From contig CAXXDN010000002.1 of the NCBI GenBank assembly GCA_963667465.2, positions 768,001 through 832,000 of the forward strand: a DNA stretch of 64,000 nucleotides, given 5' to 3'. This DNA comes from Dehalococcoidia bacterium. Its GTDB lineage: Bacteria > Chloroflexota > Dehalococcoidia > UBA2979. The notes under the pieces were generated by a model, which made no database searches, had not been told where the DNA came from, and saw only the letters and a list, made by a program, of their open reading frames with translations. How positions within the stretch are numbered: position 1 is the first letter of the stretch; each line of letters begins with the position of its first letter. Shown piece after piece: positions 42,296 to 51,665 of this stretch. Made by a program: the position numbers and the translations under genes.

Positions 42296-42703
42296 TCAGC
42301 TTGAACGGAGACCACCAATCTGCCCTTGTTGCCCTGATCTCGTTTCAGCCGCGCCTCGAGCAGCGAGGTGCGTCAGTTGCGTGAGCTCGGACAGCTTTGC
42401 CTGGAGCGTGCCGGTCATCGCCTTGTTCACGGGCTCCAGCTTCGTGACGCCGCCGTTTCTCAGCTTCACCCCGTACCACGGGGCCAGCGGGACATCGGCG
42501 CTCCAGTTGAGGGCGTCGGTGACCGTCCCCTCGAGGCCGGCCTGCACAGCCAACAGCAGCGTGCAGTCGGCACCCTGCGTGCAGGCCGTCTGCGCCCGCG
42601 CGCCGTCAGCGCCCGCCGGTGACGGCCAGCCAGAGGCTAACCCCGAGGCCGATCGCGAGGAGCGCACCAGGCTCAGCCAACGCTGCGTCCGCACGTTTCG
42701 CAT
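42296..42703 (-). pseudogene. Truncated secreted leucine-rich-repeat protein (N-cap plus about one repeat)
   Basis: DCTLLLAVQAGLEGTVTDALNWSADVPLAPWYGVKLRNGGVTKLEPVNKAMTGTLQAKLSELTQLTHL resembles a plant-type LRR N-terminal cap and first repeat, then similarity stops; SD GGAGG upstream; signal peptide looks degraded. Confidence 0.55.
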
Positions 42704-42764
42704 GAGCCGTCACCCTCCCGCAGGGCCAGCCCGACTCCTGGGAGACTGCTCATCGATGATACAG

Positions 42765-45251
42765 CTAGCCCCGCGGCCGCGAGGCCGCAAGCCTCTCGCG
42801 CTGGCGCTCCTCGGCGGCCCGGGCGGCGGCGTCCTCGCCGCCCTCGTCCGGCCAGCCGACGATGCCGGCCTCCCTGAAGCCGTCGATCTCGTCGGCCGAG
42901 TAGCCCAGCTCCTCGAGGATGGGACGGGTGTGCTCGCCGGGCTCGCAAGCCGGACCGATGATCGGCGGGGCGCTGTCGAGGGTGACGATCGGGCCGTGAC
43001 GCCAGTACTCCCCGAACGTCGGGTGGCTGACGTCGACGGTGAAGCCGAGCGCGCGGTTGGCGTCGTTCCCGGCGAACTCCGCGACAGTGGCGGTGTCGGC
43101 CCGGACACAGGCGACGTCGCGGGCGGCAAGATCGCGCTCCCACCTGTCGGCGCTGCGCCCGACGAACACCTCGGCGAGGGCCGCCGCAAGCGTATCGCCG
43201 TGCTCCTCGCGCGCCTCGGCGCTCGCGAAGCGCGGGTCCGTGAGCCACTCGTCGCGTCCCAGCTCCGCGCAGAGTGCGCGCCACTCCTGCTCGAACGGCG
43301 CGGCGAGGAACACCCAGGCGTCATCGCCGGTGCGGTACAGGCGATAGAGCGGCCCCTGCCCCAGCAGCTCGGAGTCCGGCTGGCGGCGCGGTGGCACGTC
43401 CGGCCCGCGGACGGCCCCGTCTGCGTTGGCATAGAGGTTCGAGGCGATCATCGTCGTGAGCTGGTACTGGCCGATGCCCAGCTCCTCGGCGACGCGCAGG
43501 CCGAGCAACAGGCTGCTGCCGAGGCCGAGCGCGGCGTTGACGTCGGGGTTGCCCTCGTTCGCGTTCTGGAGGCGCCAGGCCTTCTGCTTGAGCCCGTCCA
43601 GCGGCAGCCCGGCGTCGTCGGCGTGGAGCTCGCTCGGGGGCATCTGCTGGATCGCGCCGCCGCCGAGGGCGCCCGCGATGGGGTGCATCGCCGGCTTGAA
43701 CGAGTACGGGCCTGAGTCCCCGTAGGAGGCGCCGTAGTGGTAGACGACACGCGGATTGAGCGCCCTCGCCTGCTCGTAGCCGATGCCGAGCCGCTCGGCA
43801 ACACCGGGGCGGAAGTTGTGCATGACGACGTCGGCGCGCTCCAGCAGGCGGTGGACGATCGCCTGGCCCTCCGCTGTCTTGAGGTTGACCCCGATGCTCT
43901 CCTTGCCGGCGGTCGTCTTGTAGAACAGCAGCCGGCCCGCTGTGTAGCGACTCACCTCGCCCTCGGGCGGCTCGACCTTGATCACGCGCGCCCCGAGGTC
44001 GGCGAGCAGCGCGCTGCCGAACGGCGTGGCGAAGAAGGTCGAGAAGTCGACGACGAGGGTTCCCTCGAGGGGCGCCGCCGGCGCGGGGCCGGCTTCGCCG
44101 GGCTCGACTGCCGCCCAACTCCCGGCGTCGACGCCATTGGCCGAGCCGAGTGAGGGCGCTCCCCGGCTGGGAGTCGCGGGAGTCTCGGTTTGCCGAACGA
44201 TCGGGCCGACCTGCTCGACGCCGTCGATCTCGATGATGTGCTCGTTGTGGCGGACCTGGGGGTGGTCGAACGCGTCGGCAGCCTCGAAGAAAGGCTCGAT
44301 GGCGATGTCGCGCTCGGCGTCGAAGATCGCCTTCCACTCGGCCCAGGTCTTCTCGCGCGTGCGATCGAGCACCGCCTCCCAGACGCCCTCGCTGTCCGCG
44401 GCGTTCCTGAGTGCGGGGAGGTCGACGTAGCGTGGGTCGGAGTAGAGGTCGGTGAGCCCCATCGCGTTCAGCTGCGCCATGAAGAGGTGCGGGAGGGTGT
44501 TGGCGAACTGCAGCCAGACACCGTCCTTCGTGACCGCCGTCAGGTAGTTCGGGCGCGGGACCTGGTACTGAATCGCGCCCCAGGTGCTCAGCCGATCGGC
44601 CGCGAGCGGGTCGGCCGCGGCCGCCTGCATCGCGTACCAGCGGATCATGTCGTAGGCAGTGGTGCCCTGCAGCAGGCTGGTCTCGACGTGCGTGCCTCGC
44701 CGCGTCTGCCGCCGCACGTGCAGGGCCGCGAGGATGCCCTGCAGCGCAGCGTGGAGCGCGCCGTAGCCGGCCGACGGCACGGCGGCGAACGCCGGGCCGC
44801 CTCGCTTGGGCAGCAGGCTTGAGAACTCGAGCATGCGACCGCTCAGCGCGGAGACGATGCCCTCGTAGCCCTTGAGGTGAGCCCAGGGTCCGCGCGCGCC
44901 GAAGCCCGTGATCGAGGCGTAGACGAGCGCCGGGTTAAGCGCGCGGGCCTCCTCGTAGCCGAGGCCGAGCCGCTCCATCACGCCGGGCCGGAAGTTCTCG
45001 ACCAGCACGTCGGCCGCTGCGATCAACTCGCGTGCGGCGGCTCGCCCGTCCCCGGACTTGAGGTCCAGGACGCGGCTGCCCTTGCCGCGGTTCCAGAAGC
45101 CCCACGCGGGGTGCCCTCGGTACGGGTCAGCCGAGGGCGGCTCGATCTTGACGACCTCCGCCCCGAAGTCGGCGAGGATCGTGCTGACGAGGTTGCCGTG
45201 CATCCCCCGCGTGAAGTCGAGGACGCGCAGTCCGCTACAGGCCAGCGTCAC
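42765..45251 (-). CDS. Family III CoA-transferase (CaiB/BaiF-like), tandem two-domain form
   Basis: Two units: LSGLR-like VLDF..LADFGAEVVKIEPP..NRGK..ADVLVENFRPGVMERLG and LEGTLVVDF..LADLGARVIKVEPP..ADVVMHNFRPGVAERLG. Start moved to GTG 45251 (or 45257) after GGAGG at 45261-45265. Confidence 0.9.
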   Translation of the reverse strand: MTLACSGLRVLDFTRGMHGNLVSTILADFGAEVVKIEPPSADPYRGHPAWGFWNRGKGSRVLDLKSGDGRAAARELIAAADVLVENFRPGVMERLGLGYEEARALNPALVYASITGFGARGPWAHLKGYEGIVSALSGRMLEFSSLLPKRGGPAFAAVPSAGYGALHAALQGILAALHVRRQTRRGTHVETSLLQGTTAYDMIRWYAMQAAAADPLAADRLSTWGAIQYQVPRPNYLTAVTKDGVWLQFANTLPHLFMAQLNAMGLTDLYSDPRYVDLPALRNAADSEGVWEAVLDRTREKTWAEWKAIFDAERDIAIEPFFEAADAFDHPQVRHNEHIIEIDGVEQVGPIVRQTETPATPSRGAPSLGSANGVDAGSWAAVEPGEAGPAPAAPLEGTLVVDFSTFFATPFGSALLADLGARVIKVEPPEGEVSRYTAGRLLFYKTTAGKESIGVNLKTAEGQAIVHRLLERADVVMHNFRPGVAERLGIGYEQARALNPRVVYHYGASYGDSGPYSFKPAMHPIAGALGGGAIQQMPPSELHADDAGLPLDGLKQKAWRLQNANEGNPDVNAALGLGSSLLLGLRVAEELGIGQYQLTTMIASNLYANADGAVRGPDVPPRRQPDSELLGQGPLYRLYRTGDDAWVFLAAPFEQEWRALCAELGRDEWLTDPRFASAEAREEHGDTLAAALAEVFVGRSADRWERDLAARDVACVRADTATVAEFAGNDANRALGFTVDVSHPTFGEYWRHGPIVTLDSAPPIIGPACEPGEHTRPILEELGYSADEIDGFREAGIVGWPDEGGEDAAARAAEERQRERLAASRPRG

Positions 45252-45277
45252 AGTCACCACCCTCCGCGCGTCTCTTG

Positions 45278-47554
45278 TCAGCGGCAGATTACCGCGAAGG
45301 CGTAGCCGCGTCCGGTGAGGCCATCGAGGACGGTCTCGAGCGCGGCGACGGTCTGCGAGCGTTCGCCGCCCCCGTCGTGCATCAGAATGATCGCGCCGGG
45401 CCGCACGTTGGCGAGGATGTGCGAGGCGATCTGCTCCGCGCCGGGCCGCCGCCAGTCCTGCGGGTCGATCGACCAGAGCACCATCGACTTGCCGAGTTCG
45501 GCGGCGATGCGAGTGGCGTACTCGTTCGTCGCTGCGTACGGGGGCCGCAGGCACTCGATTGGGTCGACGCTCGTCCCCGCGACGGCGTGGAGGGCGGCGT
45601 CCGTGCTCGTCACCTGCGCGACGATGTCCTCGCGGTCCGCCTTGCTCAGCCAGATGTGGTCGAACGTGTGGTTCTCTGCCTCGTGCCCGGCCTCGACCAT
45701 GCGCTCGATGATCGACGGAAACCGTGAGACGTTCTGGCCGAGCACGAAGAAGGTCGCCGTCACCTCGTAGCGATCGAGCACGTCGAGCACCGCGGGCGTC
45801 CAGGTGGGGTGCGGTCCGTCGTCGAAGGTCAGGTAGGCCAGCGGCGCGCCGGCCCGGTTGTGCGCCGGCGGGTGCGCCGGGTCCACCCGGTTCGGCCGCT
45901 CCGCGACGGGCTCGGGCTGCTGCCAGGCGGCCTCGATGGCGTCCCAGGTCGAGCGGTCGACGACGCCCGTCGGTTCGAGATCGGCGCGTAGCTGGATGCG
46001 GATCACCGCCTCGCGGGTCGCGGTGTCGTAGACGTCGTAGTAGCGGCCGGGGTAGAGGAAGCCGAGCCCCGGCACGCGCGCGAGCCGCTGCTGCAGCGCG
46101 CGCACGGCGCGCCCGCGATCGCCCGAGCCGATTGTGTAGCCCTCGGCGAGGCGCTCCGCCGACGGTCCTGGTAGCAGCTCGTCGGCCGATGGCTCCCCGG
46201 GCGGCGCGCCGGGCGCGCGTTCGGCGGACTTGAGGAACGCCGCCAGCTCGTGCAGGGAGACGTCATCGGGGGAGCGTTCGATCGCCCGTGCGGCCGCCTC
46301 GCGCGCCCGCTCCAGGTCGTCCGGCGAGGCGAGCGCGAAGGCCAGGGCGCGAACCGCGTGGATCGCCGCGTGGTCCGGCCGCTGCTCGAGCGCGCGCTCG
46401 CTGTAGTCGAGGAGCGTCACGGCCAGCGTCGTGAGGTCGAGCTCGGCGGCCGTGTCGGTGATGAGCGGCCCATCGAGGGCGAACGCATCGTCCGGCGCGT
46501 GGGCACGCATCAGGTCGAGCGCCGCCTCGTACTCCCCGGCGAACACATGGGTGAGCAGCGGCTGGCCGGGCGACCCCGCGTACGCGAGCCGCGCCGCCGC
46601 CGTCTGGTTCACGAGGATCGAGAGCCAGCGCAGGCCGTCGTGGCCGGGGACCTCGCTGGCCGCGTGCACGGCGCGCGCCGCCGCCTCCCGCCAGAGATCG
46701 GCTTCCGCGAGCGCCACGACGGACGCCGCGTCTGCCCTGGCATCCGGTGGAAGGCCCGGCGGAACTGCGAGCTGCACGCGACTCAGGTCGCTGCCGTCCC
46801 AGCGGTAGATCTCCAGCGACCGCTCCTCAACGGCGCACGCGTAACAGAAGACGTAGGGGTTCGAAGAGTTCAGCACGAACTCGGGGAGCCCGTCGCCATC
46901 GAGGTCCGTGGTCGCTCCTGCGTTCGGCCGTGAGCTGATGTGCGAGAGCGCGCTGGAGAGGCGGGTGCCGTCGAAGCGGATCACGTCGAACGTTCCGGCG
47001 TGCGCCCCCGTCGGCCCGCGGATGATCACCCAGGCGCTGCCCGGCACGGCGTCGATCGTGACGAGCTCGACCTGCTCCGTGCGCTGCGGCGCCGTGTCGA
47101 TCTCGATCCGGTCAATCTCCTCGGACCAGGTTCCATCGTTGCTGAGGCGGTAGACGGCGACGATGTGGAAGAAGTCGATCGGGTCGCCGTCGTCGTTCAC
47201 GTAGAACGGCTGCGGCCCGTCGGTGACCACGGCCCAGTACGCGCCGCCCGCGTCCCGCACCCCGAGGTCCAGCGCACGCGCCGTGAGCTCGTTGTCGCCG
47301 AACTCCTCCGTGATCGCCGCGAGCAGGATCGAGGCGAGTTCGGCCGCCCGCTCGGCGAGCTCCTCGATGCCGGGTGTTGGCTGCGGCGTCGGGCTCAGTG
47401 CAGGCGTCGCGGTCGGGCTCGGCGCGCTTGCCGGCGAAGGCGCCGGTGTGGCGACGGGCACAGGTGCGCGGCCGGGGTCGTCGCCGCTCTCGCAGCCCGC
47501 GAGGATGGCGACGCCAAGCACCAGCACGGCAGCGGCGGTGAGGCGTGCATTCAT
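45278..47554 (-). CDS. Lipoprotein polysaccharide deacetylase (CE4/NodB) with peptidoglycan-binding domain
   Basis: Lipobox ILAGC; Pro/Thr linker; PG-binding-like GSGDRGRAVRALQQRL..TREAVIRIQ...LEPTGVVDRSTW; NodB motifs TFDDGP, NHTFDH, RPPY, DPQDW, LMHDG. Confidence 0.88.
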   Translation of the reverse strand: MNARLTAAAVLVLGVAILAGCESGDDPGRAPVPVATPAPSPASAPSPTATPALSPTPQPTPGIEELAERAAELASILLAAITEEFGDNELTARALDLGVRDAGGAYWAVVTDGPQPFYVNDDGDPIDFFHIVAVYRLSNDGTWSEEIDRIEIDTAPQRTEQVELVTIDAVPGSAWVIIRGPTGAHAGTFDVIRFDGTRLSSALSHISSRPNAGATTDLDGDGLPEFVLNSSNPYVFCYACAVEERSLEIYRWDGSDLSRVQLAVPPGLPPDARADAASVVALAEADLWREAAARAVHAASEVPGHDGLRWLSILVNQTAAARLAYAGSPGQPLLTHVFAGEYEAALDLMRAHAPDDAFALDGPLITDTAAELDLTTLAVTLLDYSERALEQRPDHAAIHAVRALAFALASPDDLERAREAAARAIERSPDDVSLHELAAFLKSAERAPGAPPGEPSADELLPGPSAERLAEGYTIGSGDRGRAVRALQQRLARVPGLGFLYPGRYYDVYDTATREAVIRIQLRADLEPTGVVDRSTWDAIEAAWQQPEPVAERPNRVDPAHPPAHNRAGAPLAYLTFDDGPHPTWTPAVLDVLDRYEVTATFFVLGQNVSRFPSIIERMVEAGHEAENHTFDHIWLSKADREDIVAQVTSTDAALHAVAGTSVDPIECLRPPYAATNEYATRIAAELGKSMVLWSIDPQDWRRPGAEQIASHILANVRPGAIILMHDGGGERSQTVAALETVLDGLTGRGYAFAVICR

Positions 47555-47612
47555 CTCACGAACCTATCACGCGCCGGGCCCACCAAGGCGGCCAGCCGCT
47601 ACCATCGGACGC

Positions 47613-48506
47613 ATGACGCCATCCGCACGGATCGAGGTCGAGGAGGCGCCTGCGCGCAGGCTGCTGACGCCCACTGGCGGCTACCTCTCCGCCTTCTCGC
47701 ACACCCTCAACCCGTACGCAGGTTGCGCCTTCGGCGACCGCGGTTGCGGCGTCTACTGCTACGTCGCCGAGTCGCCGATCGGGCGCTTCGCAGACCGCCC
47801 CTGGGGCCGCTGGTTACGCGTCAAGACGAACGCCGCCGCGGCGCTGCGGCGCGAGCTTGAGCGCCGGCCACGCCTCGAGGACGTGCGCATCTTCATGAGC
47901 TCGGCAACGGACCCCTACCAGCCCGCGGAGGCGCGTTACGGGATCACCCGCTCGATCCTCGAGGTCTTCTGCGAGTTCCCGGTGGGCCTGCTGCTCCTGC
48001 AAACTCGCTCCCCGCTCGTCGAGCGCGATCTCGACCTGCTCGCCGGGCTGCCCTTCGCATGGCTCTCGATGACCGTCGAGACCGACGACGACGAGGTGCG
48101 GCGCGCCCTTACGCCGACCAGCCCGGGCATCGAGCGCCGCTTCGCGGTGATGCGCCGGGCACGCTCGCTTGGCGTCGCGGTGCAGGCAGCGGTCAGCCCG
48201 GTGCTGCCGCACGACCGCGAGCGCTTCGTCGAGCTGATCGCCGGGGCCGCCGACCGTGTGGTCGTCGACACATTCACCGGCGACGGCGCGGCGGGACGGC
48301 GCACGGCGGCGCGGCCCCTCCCCGCCCGCTTCGAGGATCTCGGCTACGGCGACTGGCGCGACGAACGTGCGGCCCGGTCGCTCTACGATGACTTGCGCGA
48401 GCGCCTTGACGCCGAGCGGGTCGGCTGGTCCGTCGAGGGTTTCAACGAGCTGGCGCGGCCTGCTCTCACAGACGCAGTGCGCAGTTATGTCTCCTATGAG
48501 GACTAA
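47613..48506 (+). CDS. Radical SAM protein, spore-photoproduct-lyase-like family
   Basis: TLNPYAGC...C...CY, IFMSSATDPYQPAE, LLQTRSPLVERDLDLL. Start moved to ATG 47613 to avoid overlapping the divergent gene. Confidence 0.82.
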   Translation: MTPSARIEVEEAPARRLLTPTGGYLSAFSHTLNPYAGCAFGDRGCGVYCYVAESPIGRFADRPWGRWLRVKTNAAAALRRELERRPRLEDVRIFMSSATDPYQPAEARYGITRSILEVFCEFPVGLLLLQTRSPLVERDLDLLAGLPFAWLSMTVETDDDEVRRALTPTSPGIERRFAVMRRARSLGVAVQAAVSPVLPHDRERFVELIAGAADRVVVDTFTGDGAAGRRTAARPLPARFEDLGYGDWRDERAARSLYDDLRERLDAERVGWSVEGFNELARPALTDAVRSYVSYED

Positions 48507-48508
48507 GA

Positions 48509-48905
48509 GGCCAGGGGGCCTGTAAGCCGAATTCTGTACCGCCCTCGGTCTGAGGGCGGCGACGACCATCCATCTAGGGCGACGGTTGCCCGCCGCCTCC
48601 AGCGGCCTACCCGGGAGCGGAGCCGGACGCCCCTGCCGCGCAGAGCACGGCGCGCTCCCCTATTTGGCCTTGCTCCGGGCGGGGTTTGCCTGGCCGCCCC
48701 GTCTCCGGGACGCCGGTGCGCTCTTACCGCACCATTTCACCCTTACCGCCGGAGCCGAGGCCCGCGACGGCGGTATCTTTCTGTGGCACTTTCCGTCGGC
48801 TCGCGCCGCCCGGCCGTTAGCCGGCGCCCTGTCCGGAGGAGTTCGGACTTTCCTCCCGCGGCTCGCCCGAAGGCGCTCCACCGGCGGCCGTCCGGCCCCC
48901 TGGCC
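48509..48905 (-). ncRNA. rnpB: RNase P RNA (bacterial type A)
   Basis: Minus strand has GAGGAAAGTCCGAAC near the 5' end, AAGTGCCACAGAAA, GGTGAAATGGTGCGGTAAGAGCGCACC, GGCAAACCCC..GGAGCAAGGCCAAATAG and 3' ACAGAATTCGGCTTA; terminal P1 helix GGCCAGGGGGCC / GGCCCCCTGGCC. Confidence 0.97.
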
Positions 48906-48915
48906 AGCCTCGATC

Positions 48916-49995
48916 CTACTCCCCGGCGCCCGTGGTCCGCGACATTACGTGCAGATCGTCCGCCGGCAGCTCAACCACCCAGCGCTCCTGGCCCGCCACG
49001 CCGAGGATCTCGTAGGGCCTCGATGCAACCTCGACGGCGATCGGCGGTCCGGCTCCCTCGGGCACGAGGTGCAACGTGTGCGTGTTGCCGAAGGCGAGGT
49101 CGTCGACGACGCGCGCGACGAAGCAGTTGTCCGGCAGCGCGCCGTCCGGGTCGATGCGCCGCAGCACCACGCGCTCCGCGCGGATCGCGATGTCGACTGT
49201 CTCCGCGTCGGCCGTGCCGGGCGGCAACGTAGCGCCCAGGGGCAGCCCGGAGACGATCGCGCCGTCGCCCCGGCACTCCCCCTCGAAGATGTTGGAGAAC
49301 CCGGTCAGCTCCGCGACCAGCCGCGAGGCGGGGCGGCGGAACACCTCGTCGCGCGGTCCGAACTGCAGCACGCGGCCCTCGTCGAGGACCGCGATGCGGT
49401 CGCCAAGCAGGTGCGCCTCGCGCAAGTCGTGCGTGACGAAGACGATCGAGAGCCGCATCTCGCGGCGCAGGCGCAGCAGCTCCGCCCGCAGATCGGCGCG
49501 CAACGCCTCGTCGAGCGCCGAGAACGGCTCGTCGAGCAGTAGCACGTCCGAGCGCCGCACGAGCGCCCTCGCGAGGGCGGCTCGCTGCTGCTGCCCGCCC
49601 GAGAGCTGGTGCGGCCGCCGCCCGTCCAGCCCCTCGATCGAGAGTAGTCGCAGCAACTCCTCGTAGCGCCCGGGCGCATCGATGTCGCGCTCGAGCCCGA
49701 TTAGCACGTTGCGCCGCAGATCCAGGTGTGGGAACAGCGTCGGCTCCTGCACGACGTAGCCGCTGCGCCGCTCCTGCGGCGGCAGATCGACGCCCGCAGC
49801 GGCGTCGAAGACCGTGCGCCCGCCGATCTCGATGCGGCCGCCGCGAGGCCGCAGCAAACCCGCGATCGCACGCAGCGTCAGGCTCTTGCCGGAGCCGGAG
49901 CGCCCGTAGAGCACCACCAGCTCGTCGGCGGCCTCGAGGGTGACCGCGAGGTCGAAGTCGCCGACGCGCGCCGCGAAGCGCGCGCGCAGCGTCAT
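48916..49995 (-). CDS. modC: Molybdate ABC transporter ATP-binding subunit
   Basis: Walker A GRSGSGKS, VDLPPQERRSGYV, LSGGQQQR, LLLDEPFSALD, VTHD; third gene of a modAB operon. Confidence 0.85.
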   Translation of the reverse strand: MTLRARFAARVGDFDLAVTLEAADELVVLYGRSGSGKSLTLRAIAGLLRPRGGRIEIGGRTVFDAAAGVDLPPQERRSGYVVQEPTLFPHLDLRRNVLIGLERDIDAPGRYEELLRLLSIEGLDGRRPHQLSGGQQQRAALARALVRRSDVLLLDEPFSALDEALRADLRAELLRLRREMRLSIVFVTHDLREAHLLGDRIAVLDEGRVLQFGPRDEVFRRPASRLVAELTGFSNIFEGECRGDGAIVSGLPLGATLPPGTADAETVDIAIRAERVVLRRIDPDGALPDNCFVARVVDDLAFGNTHTLHLVPEGAGPPIAVEVASRPYEILGVAGQERWVVELPADDLHVMSRTTGAGE

Positions 49996-50789
49996 CGGTA
50001 CGCCCCCGCCGAGGCGGTGACGCGGTGCAGCGCGAGCAGCAGCACGGCGGCGAACCCGAGCAGCACCACCGACAGCGAGACCGCACCGGCGATCCCGGCC
50101 TCCGACTCGAAGGCGGCGAGGATCGCGAGCGGCATCGTCTGTGTCCGGCCCGGCAGCGAGCCGGCGAAGAGCAGCGTTGCGCCCAACTCGCCGAGCGCGC
50201 GCGCCCAGCAGAGCACCGCGCCGCCCGCTAGCGAGGGCCAGACCAGCGGCAGCGTCACACTGCGGAAGGTCCGCCAGCGCGAGAGCCCGAGCGTGTAGGC
50301 GACGCCCTCGAAGCGCGGGTCGGCGCCCCGGAAGCCGGCATATGCGGAGCGCACGTAGAAGGGCGCGGAGACGAAGAGCTGCGCCAGCACCACCGCCGTG
50401 GTGGTGAAGGAGAGCGAGAGGCCGATCCCGCCGAGCGTGTCGCCGAGGTAGCCGCTGCGCCCGAACGCGGAGAGCAACGCGATGCCCGCGACCGTCGGTG
50501 GCAGCACCAGCGGCAGGTCGAGCAGCGACGCGGCGAGGCGGGCCGCCCTCGCCCGGCTGCGCGCCAGCAGCCAGGCGAGCGGCGTGCCGAGCAGCACAGC
50601 GATCGCGAGGCTGATCGTGGCGGTGACCATCGAGAGGCGCAGCGCGTCCCAGGTCGCCCCCGATGTGAGCTCGGCGGCGACATCACCGTCGCTGAGGGCG
50701 CGCCAGACGAGGCCGCCGAGCGGCAGGAGCAGCAGGAGCACGAGCAGGGTCGCAGCGACGGCCACCGCGATCGAGACGCTCCGGCTCAT
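49992..50789 (-). CDS. modB: Molybdate ABC transporter permease
   Basis: LDLPLVLPPTVAGIALL, WARALGELGATLLFAGSLPGRTQTMPLAI; ATGA overlaps with modA and modC. Confidence 0.9.
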   Translation of the reverse strand: MSRSVSIAVAVAATLLVLLLLLPLGGLVWRALSDGDVAAELTSGATWDALRLSMVTATISLAIAVLLGTPLAWLLARSRARAARLAASLLDLPLVLPPTVAGIALLSAFGRSGYLGDTLGGIGLSLSFTTTAVVLAQLFVSAPFYVRSAYAGFRGADPRFEGVAYTLGLSRWRTFRSVTLPLVWPSLAGGAVLCWARALGELGATLLFAGSLPGRTQTMPLAILAAFESEAGIAGAVSLSVVLLGFAAVLLLALHRVTASAGAYR

Positions 50790-51601
50790 CGCGCCTGCAC
50801 CCCGGCGACGCTCGGCAGGAAGCCGTAGAGCGCGAAGATCGCCTGCGCGGGCGAGGACAACAGCCAGGCGAGCAGATCCCCGGCCGCCGGTTCGGCCTCC
50901 TCGATCAGAACCGCCACGTACTCGTTCAGCGGGGTCCGGGGCGGCAGCAGGATTGCGCGCAGCCCGTCGCTCAGCGCGACGTCCGAGGCGTAGACGAACG
51001 CCGCGTCCGCCTCGCCGAGTTCGAGTCGCGAGAGCACGATCCGCACGCTCGGGTCCTCCGTCGCAATCTTGTCGCGCAACGCGTGTGCGGTCTCCGGCTG
51101 CTGCTGCTCGACCCACTCAAGGGCGATCCGCGAGAGTGCGCCGACCGGGACCGAGGGCGCCCCGACCGCGATCCGCACGTCCGCCAGCGCCAGATCGCGC
51201 AGGCTGCGCCACGGCGCATCCTCCGGAACGGCGACGACGAGCGCGTTCGCCGTCACCACCGTGGGCTGTCTGGCGAGCCCGGCGTCGAGCAGGCGGGCTG
51301 CCTGCAGCGGATTGGCGGAGATGAAGAGATCGTCGCCCGCCCCTTCCGCGATCTGGGAGGCGAGCACCTGCGAGCCGGCGAAGCGCACCTCGACCTCGAT
51401 GCCGGGATGGGCGCGCTCGAAGCCCCCGACGATGTCGGGCAGGGCGTGCCGCAGCGAGGACGCTGCGGCGAGCGTGACGGTCGGTTTCCGTTCGCCGCTG
51501 TCGCAGCCGCCGAGCAGCAGCGCGAGGACGGCGAGGAGCGCGAGCGCCGGCAGCGGAGCGCGGAGGCGCCATGATAGCGAGAGTCGGCAGGCCGAGCGCA
51601 T
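50786..51601 (-). CDS. modA: Molybdate ABC transporter substrate-binding lipoprotein
   Basis: Lipobox LLGGC; AAASSL, FAGSQVLASQI, DLFISAN, VPVG, GEADAAFVYASD. Start uncertain. Confidence 0.88.
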   Translation of the reverse strand: MRSACRLSLSWRLRAPLPALALLAVLALLLGGCDSGERKPTVTLAAASSLRHALPDIVGGFERAHPGIEVEVRFAGSQVLASQIAEGAGDDLFISANPLQAARLLDAGLARQPTVVTANALVVAVPEDAPWRSLRDLALADVRIAVGAPSVPVGALSRIALEWVEQQQPETAHALRDKIATEDPSVRIVLSRLELGEADAAFVYASDVALSDGLRAILLPPRTPLNEYVAVLIEEAEPAAGDLLAWLLSSPAQAIFALYGFLPSVAGVQAR

Positions 51602-51665
51602 ACTGCCCAGGGCTCCCCGCAGTCCGCGCCGCCCTGCACAAGCTCAGAACGCCGCCGCGCCTCCG

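Noticed and set aside
42096-42296. 66-aa basic ORF as a confident gene
   Set aside because: No recognisable family; mentioned only as part of the LRR relic finding.
45252-45554. ORF-track N-terminal extensions of the CoA-transferase (and similarly radical SAM, modB, rnj, uvrB)
   Set aside because: They overlap neighbouring genes; downstream starts with an SD, stop-start overlap or -10 element fit better.
48586-49542. ORFs over 48586-48900
   Set aside because: They overlap rnpB and the antisense of modC.
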